A stretch of 64,000 nucleotides of DNA from an uncultured Clostridia bacterium (lineage in GTDB: Bacteria > CAYTYR01 > UBA6262): the NCBI GenBank assembly GCA_964441745.1, contig CAYTYR010000005.1, forward strand, positions 1 to 64,000, written 5' to 3'. The notes beneath the pieces are model-generated. The model saw nothing but the letters and a program-made list of their open reading frames with translations. It did no database searches and had not been told where the DNA came from. Position numbers and translations under genes: made by a program. This document shows positions 1 to 9,366 of this stretch, piece after piece. Each line of letters starts with the position of its first letter. The stretch's first letter is position 1.

Positions 1-79
1 TTTGCTGGAAAAGTCTTAGGAGAACAGGTGTCACCCTGCCTGCCGGCAGGCAGGGATTTCTAAAGGAGATTACACAGAT

Positions 80-1219
80 TTGAATATTGCTTTTATTACC
101 AGGTCTTATAATAAAAAGGGCGGGGTTTCCCGCTGTGTAGTGGAACTGGCGGAAAGATTCTGCCGGGAGCACCAGGTACATATTTTCACCAGCCAATGGG
201 ATGAGTCACTGGTCAAAGAAAATATTGTTTTCCATAAAATTAAAATATGGCCTGGACCTTTGTTCCTGGAAGTCCTCAGTTTTAGCATTTTTTGCCGGCT
301 GGCCTTGAAAGAGCAATTTTTTGACCTGGTTATTGGGCCGCTGGGAGATGTTTTTGGAGCTGATATCCTGGTAGCTCACAGCTGCCATCGGGCCTGGGTG
401 GAAATGAAAAAGAAAGATCCGTTAGAACATTTGAAATACTGGCTTAATCCCTTTCACCGGGTAGCGCTCTTGCTGGAAAAAAAAGCCCTGCAGCCAGGCC
501 AGTATCGTAAAATAATCAGTATTTCCCAACTCACTCGGAAAGACCTGCTCAAGTATTATCATCTGCCGGAGGAAGATATAACCGTTATTTATAATGGGGT
601 CAATGTTGAGGAATTTACGCCTGGCAACCGGAATGAGCTCAGGCAGGAGTTGAGAAAAGAGCTGGGTTTTTGCGCTGATGATATTGTCTTGCTTTTTGCC
701 GCTAACGAATTTAAGCGAAAAGGATTAAGAGCACTGCTGGAGGCAGTGGCCTTGCCTATGCAAAGTGCCCGGATTAAACTGCTGATCTTAGGCGGTGATA
801 GTCCGCTGCCATACCGTAATTTGATTCAGAAACTGGGCATTGTTGAACAGACGCGTTTTCTGGGGTCGCATAATGATATGCCCAGATATTACGCGGCCAG
901 TGATATATTTATCTTGCCGACGCAATTAGAGCCGTTCGGCCTGGTTATTACCGAAGCCATGGCCAGCGGCTTGCCAGTCATTACCAGCCGGTTGGCCGGA
1001 GCGGCGGAATTGATCACAGATGGGGAAACAGGATTATTATTGCAGAATCCTGAAAATCGCGGCGAATTACAGGATAAAATACTTAAATTGGTCAGAGATG
1101 CTGATTTTCGCAATAAACTGGGAACTAATGCCGCAGCAGCAATGCAGCAATATTCCTGGGAAAAAGTGAAAACAAAATACGAGCAAGTATGCCTGGATGA
1201 GAAAGGAAGGGCGGGGTGA
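80..1219 (+). CDS. Glycosyltransferase family 4 (WaaG/RfaG-like)
   Basis: N-terminal GGVSR motif, RKGL, EPFGLVITEAMASGLPVI GT-B signature; TTG start after GGAG. Confidence 0.9.
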   Translation: MNIAFITRSYNKKGGVSRCVVELAERFCREHQVHIFTSQWDESLVKENIVFHKIKIWPGPLFLEVLSFSIFCRLALKEQFFDLVIGPLGDVFGADILVAHSCHRAWVEMKKKDPLEHLKYWLNPFHRVALLLEKKALQPGQYRKIISISQLTRKDLLKYYHLPEEDITVIYNGVNVEEFTPGNRNELRQELRKELGFCADDIVLLFAANEFKRKGLRALLEAVALPMQSARIKLLILGGDSPLPYRNLIQKLGIVEQTRFLGSHNDMPRYYAASDIFILPTQLEPFGLVITEAMASGLPVITSRLAGAAELITDGETGLLLQNPENRGELQDKILKLVRDADFRNKLGTNAAAAMQQYSWEKVKTKYEQVCLDEKGRAG

Positions 1220-2406
1220 ATATTTGCATTTTTACCAGGACAACTTTAGCGCATAGCATTGGCGGTATGGAAGTCCATACCAATTTATTAGCTAATGGTT
1301 TAGTGCAACAAGGCCATCTGGTAACCATTATCACTACTGGTCATAAAGACGGCAAGCTCTCAGAAACTATTGATGGCGTGGTTATTCATTATATCTCCGG
1401 GACCAAGCCAGGCAAGTATTCACGGAAATGGTATCGCCAAAGCCGGGAAAAATTTATGGAATTACATCAACAGCGCTTTTTTGATATTGTCTGCAGTGAA
1501 AGCGCCGGGGCCTTTGGTTTACTGAAATCTGCTCTGTCTAGGAAAACCGGGATTCCAGTAGTGGTTATTTTCCACGGTATTTTTTATAACGAGCTTAAAA
1601 CCCGGTTCAATCTGGGATTTAGCCTGAAATCCCTGGCTGCCGCAGTATATTACCTGGGTACATATATTTTCCGGGACATGAGCTTGGTTGCCCGGGCCAA
1701 AGCGATCATTGCTACCAGCCATGAACAAAAACATTTAATCAAAAAGTTTTATTTCCTGCCGGAAAATAAAGTATTTACCGTTCTTAACGGTATTGACACA
1801 AAAATAGCGCCGGCAGACGACAGCCTGAAAAAGAATTTAGGCTTTGCTGCTGATGATAAGGTCATACTAAGTGTAGCCAGGCTAAAAAGAGAAAAAGGAT
1901 TGCATGTTATTTTACAGGCTCTGCCAGAGATCCTGGTAGATGTGCCTAAGGCTAAATTATTGATCATCGGTGAAGGGGAATACCGGGGATATTTGGAAGG
2001 GCTGGCCAATGACTTGGGACTACTCGGAAAGGTACTCTTTATCGGTGCTCTGCCCTATGCGGAATTAGGTAAATATTTCCATTTGGCTGATGTTTTCGTC
2101 AATTCTACGATCAGGGAAAACGGGTATGACTTGACTATCATCCAGGGCATGGCTTATGGTAAGCCAGTAGTTGTTTCCAGGTTGAAATCTTTAAATGGTG
2201 TTATTGACGATGGCAAAAATGGATTTCTGGTTGCCCGGGGAGAGGCTAAAGAATTAAGCCAGGCCGTAAGAAAAGTCTTACAAAATCCACAACTGATGAT
2301 GACCATAGGGAAAGCAGCACAGCAGCAAGCGCAGGATTTGTTTAGCGTAGAAAATATGGTGAAAAATACGATCAAGGTATTTGAAAAATGTATATCCATA
2401 AAATAA
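1216..2406 (+). CDS. Glycosyltransferase family 4
   Basis: GGME N-terminal motif, VARLKREKG, ENGYDLTIIQGMAYGKPVV (variant EX7E motif). Confidence 0.88.
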   Translation: MNICIFTRTTLAHSIGGMEVHTNLLANGLVQQGHLVTIITTGHKDGKLSETIDGVVIHYISGTKPGKYSRKWYRQSREKFMELHQQRFFDIVCSESAGAFGLLKSALSRKTGIPVVVIFHGIFYNELKTRFNLGFSLKSLAAAVYYLGTYIFRDMSLVARAKAIIATSHEQKHLIKKFYFLPENKVFTVLNGIDTKIAPADDSLKKNLGFAADDKVILSVARLKREKGLHVILQALPEILVDVPKAKLLIIGEGEYRGYLEGLANDLGLLGKVLFIGALPYAELGKYFHLADVFVNSTIRENGYDLTIIQGMAYGKPVVVSRLKSLNGVIDDGKNGFLVARGEAKELSQAVRKVLQNPQLMMTIGKAAQQQAQDLFSVENMVKNTIKVFEKCISIK

Positions 2407-3197
2407 AGCACGGACTGGCTAAAATAAAGGAAAAAGTCTGGCCGGCTGGGTTTGACGGCTGGCTCAGAATATATCTCACCTTGCGCTGTAACCTGGATTG
2501 TCCTTATTGTGTCCATCACCATAATTTGGCAGGGTCAAGGGCTGATCAGTATGAGTTGCTGCCCTGGCAAAAATGGGCTGAGTTCATCAATAATACCGGC
2601 AAAGATGTGATTTTTACCGGCGGCGAACCGTTTTTATACCCGGATTTTGTAAAGCTGTTAAATGCCATCTCTCCTGGCATTAAGGTCAAGGTTTATTCAA
2701 ATCTGAGCGCCGAGATGGATGACTATATCAAGAATTGTCACCGGCCGGTGATATTTTTCGGAACTTATCATCCGTCCAGCGGGCCGGTGGATAAATTTAT
2801 CAGTAAGATCAATGCTTTGCGGGCAGCCGGCAAGTTTACCGGCAGTATCCATATGGTAGGCTGGGGACAACAGCTGGATTTTGTGATCAAAGCCAAGAAA
2901 GAATTTGCGCGGCAGGAATGGTATGTGTATATCGATGATGACCAGTATTTGACGGATGACAGTTCGTGTATGAAATACCGCAAAAATGTCCGTTGTACAC
3001 GCCGAATTTATCTTTTGGCCCCTGATGGGCGGAGATTTATCTGCGTTTCCAAGATGCTGGGCCAGAAAGATGACCTGGGCAATATCTTAACTACAGGATT
3101 GGGGCCAGATAAGGTAAGTGTTGAATGTCAGGATTATGGCTTTTGTAATCCCTGTGATCAACTGGGCGAAACCAGGATTAAGATAATGGGGGAGTGA
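2388..3197 (+). CDS. Radical SAM protein with Cys-rich C-terminal extension
   Basis: CNLDCPYC (CxxxCxxC) and FTGGEP motifs; further Cys at the C-terminus (CQDYGFCNPC). Confidence 0.85.
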   Translation: MYIHKIKHGLAKIKEKVWPAGFDGWLRIYLTLRCNLDCPYCVHHHNLAGSRADQYELLPWQKWAEFINNTGKDVIFTGGEPFLYPDFVKLLNAISPGIKVKVYSNLSAEMDDYIKNCHRPVIFFGTYHPSSGPVDKFISKINALRAAGKFTGSIHMVGWGQQLDFVIKAKKEFARQEWYVYIDDDQYLTDDSSCMKYRKNVRCTRRIYLLAPDGRRFICVSKMLGQKDDLGNILTTGLGPDKVSVECQDYGFCNPCDQLGETRIKIMGE

Positions 3198-3201
3198 AAT
3201 T

Positions 3202-4191
3202 ATGGATCTAAAGAATTCATTCAATAACCAGAAAGTAATGATCACTGGAGGATTGGGATTTATTGGCAGTACTTTGGCTTACCGGTTAGTTGACTATGGG
3301 GCTAAAGTAGTCTTAGTAGATTCTCTGATACCAGAATATGGCGGTAATCTTTTTAACATTAATGGGTTGGAGAATAAACTAATAGTAAACATCGCTGATG
3401 TACGCGATCAATCAGGTATGGATTACCTGGTACAGGGACATGATTATATTTTTAACTTAGCCGGCACTTTGAGCCATACCGACAGTATGAAAGATCCTTT
3501 TACAGATTTGCAGATAAACTGCGTTGCCCAGCTATCCATTCTGGAATCTTGTCGGAAATATAATCCTAAGGTAAAAATCCTGTTTGCTGGTACCCGTGGC
3601 CAATATGGGAAGGCAGACTATTTACCGGTTGACGAAAAACACCTGATGCATCCTACTGACGTAAATGGCATCAATAACATGGCTGGGGAGTGGTATCATA
3701 TCTTGTATAATAATGTTTACGGCATCAGGGCTTGTTCTTTGCGGTTGACTAATACCTTTGGCCCGCGGCACCAGATGAAACATCACCGCCAAGGAATTAT
3801 TAACTGGTTTATACGCCAGCTAATAGACGGCCAAAAAGTCAAGATTTTCGGTACCGGAACTCAAGTGCGGGATACTAATTTTGTTGATGATGTGGTAGAA
3901 GCGCTGTTATTAGCGATGGCTTCGGAAAAAACTAACGGCGAAGTTTACAATATCGGCGGCACTCCGCTGTCACTTAAGGATTTAGTAGATAAAATGATCA
4001 AAACCTATGGCCAGGGAGAATATGAGATTGTCTCATATCCACAGGAAGCGCAAAAAATAGAGGTCGGGGATTATGTGGCTAATTGGGAAAAGTTTAAAAA
4101 AGCTACTGGTTGGGAGCCAAAGGTTAGTATCGAAGAAGGGCTTAAAAAGACCTTTGAGTATTATAAAAAGAATAAAAATAATTACTGGTGA
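3202..4191 (+). CDS. NAD-dependent epimerase/dehydratase (extended SDR)
   Basis: TGGLGFIGS Rossmann motif, RLTNTFGPR, RDTNFVDD. Confidence 0.9.
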   Translation: MDLKNSFNNQKVMITGGLGFIGSTLAYRLVDYGAKVVLVDSLIPEYGGNLFNINGLENKLIVNIADVRDQSGMDYLVQGHDYIFNLAGTLSHTDSMKDPFTDLQINCVAQLSILESCRKYNPKVKILFAGTRGQYGKADYLPVDEKHLMHPTDVNGINNMAGEWYHILYNNVYGIRACSLRLTNTFGPRHQMKHHRQGIINWFIRQLIDGQKVKIFGTGTQVRDTNFVDDVVEALLLAMASEKTNGEVYNIGGTPLSLKDLVDKMIKTYGQGEYEIVSYPQEAQKIEVGDYVANWEKFKKATGWEPKVSIEEGLKKTFEYYKKNKNNYW

Positions 4192-4284
4192 ATAAAACGA
4201 TGCAAACAGATGAAATTCTAGGATGCAAACGGAGAAGATCCGTCTGAATCCGCAATAATTTGTATGCATCTGGGGGAATTATCT

Positions 4285-5433
4285 ATGATTCCAGCAATGG
4301 ACCTAAAAAGACAATATGGCCAGATCAAAAAGGAATTAGCAGCCGCTATCAACCGGGTATTTAAGCGTTCTAACTATGTCCTGGGTGAACAAGTAAAAGC
4401 TCTTGAACAGGAGTTTGCCGGATACCTGGGAGTAAAATATGCGGTTGGCGTGAATTCAGGTACCGATGCTTTATTCCTGGCTTTAAAAGCCTGTGGCATT
4501 AAAAAAAATGACGAGGTAATAACTTGTGCATTCGGGTATATAGCCTCTGTCCTGGGGATTTCTTATTGCGGAGCTAAGCCGGTATTGGTTGATGTTAATG
4601 AGCGCGATTTCAATATAGATGTGACTAAAATAGAAAAAGCTATCACCAGTAAAACCAAGGCAATTCTGCCGGTACATCTTTATGGACAGATGTGCGATAT
4701 GGCCCCGCTGATGCGTTTAGCCAGGAAATATCACCTGAAGGTGATCGAGGATTGTGCCCAGGCCCATGGAGCCAGCCTTCGCTTGGATATAGCTACGGCT
4801 GGTAAACTCAATTTACCTGACGAAGCCTCTGGCGTAGTCAGGATGGCAGGGACAATAGGAGATGTGGGTTGTTATAGTTTCTATCCGACTAAGAACCTGG
4901 GAGCTTATGGCGACGGTGGCATGCTGGTAACCAATAATAAGCAAATATATCAGCAACTCTTGTTGTTGCGCGATTACGGGCGCCGGGACCGCTATGAATT
5001 TGCCATTAAAGGATATAATAGCCGTCTAGATGAAATACAAGCAGCAATGTTACGGGTCAAGCTAAAACACTTAAAACAATGGAATGAACAAAGGCAGCAG
5101 GTAGCAGCGCTCTATGGAGAGAAAATTAAGCATAATGATCTGATTTTGCCGTTAACCAGCGCTGGCCGGAATCATGTTTATCATTTATTTGTGATCAGAA
5201 CTTCCAGACGCAAGCAATTGCAGGAGTACCTCCAAAAACAGAAAATTGGCACAGCTATTCATTATCCTATACCGATACATCTGCAGGAAGCGTATCGGGA
5301 TTTGCTCTATAAAAAAGGCGCCTTCCCGGTCGCAGAAAAAATATCACAGGAAGTACTCTCTTTACCGATGTTCCCGGAATTGAAAAATAATGAGCTTAAT
5401 GCTGTTTGTCAAAAATTGAATCATTTTAAATAA
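4285..5433 (+). CDS. DegT/DnrJ/EryC1/StrS sugar aminotransferase, with an in-frame palindromic insertion
   Basis: NSGTDAL, PVHLYG, EDCAQAHGA, SFYPTKNLG (PLP lysine), GYNSRLDE; start moved to MIPAMDL after GGGGG. Confidence 0.92.
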   Translation: MIPAMDLKRQYGQIKKELAAAINRVFKRSNYVLGEQVKALEQEFAGYLGVKYAVGVNSGTDALFLALKACGIKKNDEVITCAFGYIASVLGISYCGAKPVLVDVNERDFNIDVTKIEKAITSKTKAILPVHLYGQMCDMAPLMRLARKYHLKVIEDCAQAHGASLRLDIATAGKLNLPDEASGVVRMAGTIGDVGCYSFYPTKNLGAYGDGGMLVTNNKQIYQQLLLLRDYGRRDRYEFAIKGYNSRLDEIQAAMLRVKLKHLKQWNEQRQQVAALYGEKIKHNDLILPLTSAGRNHVYHLFVIRTSRRKQLQEYLQKQKIGTAIHYPIPIHLQEAYRDLLYKKGAFPVAEKISQEVLSLPMFPELKNNELNAVCQKLNHFK

Positions 5434-5458
5434 TAATTCATAATATTTTGGAGGGATC

Positions 5459-6508
5459 GTGCAAAAACAAGGCATCAAAAATATTCTAACTATCTCCACG
5501 ACCGGAATCGGGAATCTAATCCTCTATACGCCGGTTTTACGGGCACTAAGAAGGGATTTTCCGGAGAGCCATATTGCTATCATGGTTGCCAGCACGACTG
5601 CGGTTGACTTGTTAGAAGGGTGTAAAGAGATTGACAAAGTAATTATCATCAAAAAGAACACCAAGAACATTTTTTATTGGCTGACAATTTTAAAAAGGAT
5701 AAAGAATTTACGATTTGACATGGTGATCACTTCTTTTTTGGATAAAAGTTTCAAGGTTGCTTTGTTTACCTGGCTGACCGGGGCTCGCTATCGGGTAGGT
5801 TATAAAAACAAGGCCTACGGCTGGCTATATTCTCAACAGGTCCCGATCACTGAAAAGAAACATGAGATAGAGTATAATCTTGATCTGGTCAGGGCTCTGG
5901 GGGTGGAGATTCGCCGGGCTAATGAAAAAGCGCCATTTATAGCTACTACTCCTTTGGAAGAAGAAGTAGCTAATGATTTTCTGCTTAAGAACAATGTATC
6001 GCCTAAGGATTTGTTGATCGGGGTGCATCCTGGCAGTGGTTTAACGGTAGGATCAGCTAAACGCTGGTCCAGGGAGAAGTTTGCTGCTCTCTGTGAGAAT
6101 ATTTTAACTATTCCCAAGGCTAAAGTAATAGTTTTTGGCGGACCGGAAGAACGGTATGCGGCGGAGAAAATGGCCAAATTCATGCGCAAAAAGCCGATCA
6201 TAATCGCCGGTGATACGGATATCCGCATGACCGCGTCTTTGATCAAAAGAAGCGCCCTGTTTATTTCTAATGATAGCGGACTGATGCATTTGGCCACAGC
6301 GGTTAAAACGCCGGTGTTGGCTATTTTTGGGCCGACCCTGTGGTGGAAGAACTATCCCTGGGGTAAAGATAATGTAATTATCCGGAAAGAGATGGCCTGT
6401 TCACCTTGCTATAATTATAAAAATATAAAATGTGATACATTGAAGTGCCTGGAGCTGGTCCAGGTTGAAGAAGTATGGCAAAAAGTAAAGGAAATGCTTA
6501 AACAGTGA
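5459..6508 (+). CDS. GT9 LPS heptosyltransferase (WaaF-like)
   Basis: GIGNLIL, HPGS...AKRW, NDSGLMHLA, FGPT, CSPC motifs. Confidence 0.88.
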   Translation: MQKQGIKNILTISTTGIGNLILYTPVLRALRRDFPESHIAIMVASTTAVDLLEGCKEIDKVIIIKKNTKNIFYWLTILKRIKNLRFDMVITSFLDKSFKVALFTWLTGARYRVGYKNKAYGWLYSQQVPITEKKHEIEYNLDLVRALGVEIRRANEKAPFIATTPLEEEVANDFLLKNNVSPKDLLIGVHPGSGLTVGSAKRWSREKFAALCENILTIPKAKVIVFGGPEERYAAEKMAKFMRKKPIIIAGDTDIRMTASLIKRSALFISNDSGLMHLATAVKTPVLAIFGPTLWWKNYPWGKDNVIIRKEMACSPCYNYKNIKCDTLKCLELVQVEEVWQKVKEMLKQ

Positions 6509-8070
6509 AACAAGCGGTCATCTTGGGACTGGTACTGTTTTTATTCGCCAGTATGCGGATAATACATATTTCTGCGGATGCGCCAACTGCTTTAAGCTGG
6601 GGTAGAGGGCCGTTCACCGATGAAGGATTCTATGCCCATAATGCCAGGAATAAGGTACTCTTCGATAACTGGTCTATGGATGACTATAATTACTACTTTG
6701 TCAGTCCGGTCATGGGAGCTTTAAATTTTATTGCTTTTAAAACTTTAGGTGTGAAATACAGTAGTATGCGCTTCTGCGCTATTTTTATTAGTGGCTTGAC
6801 CTTGCTTCTGGTATTTTCGCTGGTAAGAAGAAAATATGATATACACACTGCCATACTGAGCGGTTTTTTTATGGGTTTTGCTTATTTTAATATTATGTAT
6901 AATCGCCTTTTTATCAGTGAAATACCAATGTTGTTCTTTCTTCTGCTTTCTTTGTTCTTCCTGAACCAGGGAGAAAAAAAAGACTATTTCCTGGCCGGGA
7001 TATGTTTTCTGCTGGCCCTATTGGCCAAGTCCCTGGCCTTACATTTTGTGGCTGTTATTGTCTGGATGCTTTGGCAGCAGCGCCGCAATAGGGTCTGGCA
7101 AAAAGCGGGATGGTTTTTGGCCGGATCAGCGGCAGTAGTGGCTATTTGGCTGATCTTCCTGGTCCGGCCTGATCCGGATAAGTTTTTTAATTTTTATCGG
7201 ATTTTTGTTTCGAGGATAAGCCCAAAGCATTTAAACCAGGTTTATAAAGTATTTAATGCGGAATATTTTGCATATGTGCCGGTTTTGACGGCCCTGGCCC
7301 TGGTGGCAGTGAGAGAATACCGGAGTTTTGGGGAACTGGAAAAACAAGCCGGGGTCTGGTTGGCGGCAGGCATTGTATTTTTGATGCTGTTTTCTTATAC
7401 CACGACTGCCTATTACCTGATTCTCTTCATACCTTCGGTTTTGCTGGCCAGCGGTTTTGTGTATAAACTATGGCATCAGGCGCTCTCTCCAGGCAGAAAA
7501 GCTTATTGGTTCAACGGGATCTGGTTCTTCAGCGCTTATTTTATTTCCAGGTATATAATGCTTTTTTATTTCCGCGATATATTTTTCCAATCATTGATGG
7601 CTAAATTAGCCTTGGAAGTCATGACGATCATGGTGGTAACCGGATTGTGGAAAATAAACCGCAAAATAGCACATTATCAACCGACCACAGTTATGATCGC
7701 GATGATCTTGCTGTTTTTGGCTATTGATTTTGTCCCCTATCTAAAATGGGTTACCAGCCCGCGCTATATCACGCAGGAAATTATGCGTGACCTGCAGCTG
7801 AAAGTACAGCAGGGGACAATAGCTGGTCCCTGGGCCCCGGCTTTATGCCTGGAGACCAATTTAAGGGAATTCCCTTTTGGGGAAACAGTAGTGAATACCG
7901 GGAGACTCAAGAAACAAACATCTTTGACTCACCTCCTGCTGGAAAGAAGAGAAGAAGAATTGGGATTTATCCAAAATAATTATTCGTTTTTATTAGCGCA
8001 TTCTACAATAGCCGCTACATATTTTATAGATAATAAAATTATTGATTTGTGGAAACTGGCTCATGATTAA
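6505..8070 (+). CDS. ArnT/PMT-like integral membrane glycosyltransferase (GT-C)
   Basis: DEGFY motif after the first TM helix; many hydrophobic helices. Confidence 0.7.
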   Translation: MKQAVILGLVLFLFASMRIIHISADAPTALSWGRGPFTDEGFYAHNARNKVLFDNWSMDDYNYYFVSPVMGALNFIAFKTLGVKYSSMRFCAIFISGLTLLLVFSLVRRKYDIHTAILSGFFMGFAYFNIMYNRLFISEIPMLFFLLLSLFFLNQGEKKDYFLAGICFLLALLAKSLALHFVAVIVWMLWQQRRNRVWQKAGWFLAGSAAVVAIWLIFLVRPDPDKFFNFYRIFVSRISPKHLNQVYKVFNAEYFAYVPVLTALALVAVREYRSFGELEKQAGVWLAAGIVFLMLFSYTTTAYYLILFIPSVLLASGFVYKLWHQALSPGRKAYWFNGIWFFSAYFISRYIMLFYFRDIFFQSLMAKLALEVMTIMVVTGLWKINRKIAHYQPTTVMIAMILLFLAIDFVPYLKWVTSPRYITQEIMRDLQLKVQQGTIAGPWAPALCLETNLREFPFGETVVNTGRLKKQTSLTHLLLERREEELGFIQNNYSFLLAHSTIAATYFIDNKIIDLWKLAHD

Positions 8071-9256
8071 AAAGGAAAATATTATTTGTATCTCTAGCGC
8101 CGATTGGGATAACCCTTACTGGGTCAACCAGCAGCATATCATGTCCAGGCTGGCCAGTCAAAACAGGGTGCTTTACATTGAGTCTATGGGTTTGCGCCGG
8201 CCAGTAATGCAAAGCAAGGATATAAAAAGAATAGGGCGGAGGCTGAAGCGTTTTTGGCAAGGGCCGATCAGGATTAACGAGAACCTTTATACCTATTCGC
8301 CGTTATTATTACCGTTTTATAAATTTGGCTTCATTCGGCTGTTAAATTATAAAATAATGGTTTTCACCTTAAGGCGGCTGATCAAGAAGCTTGCCCTGCA
8401 AAATCCGATATTATGGTCATATATCCCGAATGCAATTGATTTTAAAGGAAAATTAAGGGAAAAACTGTTGGTATATCATTGTGTCGATGAAATTGCCGCT
8501 AATCCTTTGATTCCTGGTAAGGTCATCCTGGATCTGGAAAAGAAAATGATGGCCGCAGCTGACTTAACCTTAGTCACCTCTCCGGAATTATATGCGGCTA
8601 AAAAGCCGCTGGCCCGGGAGATCCATTATTTACCCAATGTCGCGGATGTAGAGCATATTTTAAAGATTCAGGATCCTAATTTGGAAATTCCGGCTGACCT
8701 GGAAGGTATAGCACAGCCACGCCTTGGTTTTGTTGGCGCAGTTTCAAATTATAAACTTGATTTTGGATTATTGAAGGCTATTGCGCTTGCCAGGCCGACT
8801 TGGAGCATTGTGCTGATCGGCGCTGTAGGGGAAGGGGAAAAAGCTGCTGAAATTTCTATACTGCGAGAGGTCCCTAATATTCATCTCCTGGGTGGAAGGC
8901 CTTATGAACAACTGCCGAATTATTTGAAAGGTTTTGATGTTTGCCTTTTACCGAATAAATTAAACGAATATACCCGCAATATGTTCCCGATGAAGTTTTT
9001 TGAATATCTGGCCAGCGGCCGGCCGGTGGTCAGCACAGCGCTGCCTTCTTTGAGAGAGTTTAAAGAATATTTTTACCAGGCTGATTCTGCTGCGGAATTT
9101 ATCAGGAATATTGAAATGGCCTTGGCCGAGGATGCATCAACCAGGGACAAAAGAATAGCTTTAGCCAAAAAATACAGCTGGACCAACAGGATGGAAGAAA
9201 TATCAGTGCTCCTGGAAAACAAACTCATGGAAAAGCAGGTTAAGGTTAAGGTTTAA
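8063..9256 (+). CDS. Glycosyltransferase, GT4/TuaH-like
   Basis: DWDNPYWVNQQHIM, YHCVDE, PMKFFEYLASGRPVV; start moved to MIKK. Confidence 0.85.
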   Translation: MIKKENIICISSADWDNPYWVNQQHIMSRLASQNRVLYIESMGLRRPVMQSKDIKRIGRRLKRFWQGPIRINENLYTYSPLLLPFYKFGFIRLLNYKIMVFTLRRLIKKLALQNPILWSYIPNAIDFKGKLREKLLVYHCVDEIAANPLIPGKVILDLEKKMMAAADLTLVTSPELYAAKKPLAREIHYLPNVADVEHILKIQDPNLEIPADLEGIAQPRLGFVGAVSNYKLDFGLLKAIALARPTWSIVLIGAVGEGEKAAEISILREVPNIHLLGGRPYEQLPNYLKGFDVCLLPNKLNEYTRNMFPMKFFEYLASGRPVVSTALPSLREFKEYFYQADSAAEFIRNIEMALAEDASTRDKRIALAKKYSWTNRMEEISVLLENKLMEKQVKVKV

Positions 9257-9274
9257 TAAAGCTAATTTTACATT

Positions 9275-9350
9275 CCTCAACCTCAACCTGAACCTGAACC
9301 TGAACCTGAACCTGAACCTGAACCTGAACCTGAACCTCAACCTCAACCTA
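9275..9350. repeat. Hexamer microsatellite (CCTCAA)2(CCTGAA)8(CCTCAA)2
   Basis: Read directly; complementary AGGTTA units at 9237-9253 at the end of the upstream CDS. Confidence 0.95.
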
Positions 9351-9366
9351 AGTTTTTGAGGACCTT

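Noticed and set aside
1-63. 3' end of an upstream CDS reading through the palindrome (…CLPAGRDF*)
   Set aside because: The frame cannot be determined from the window; frame 2 stops at 19, before the palindrome.
9275-9350. CRISPR array (also considered for the GATTAC repeats and tRNA-Cys copies)
   Set aside because: No 25-45 nt repeats with unique, regular spacers and no cas genes.
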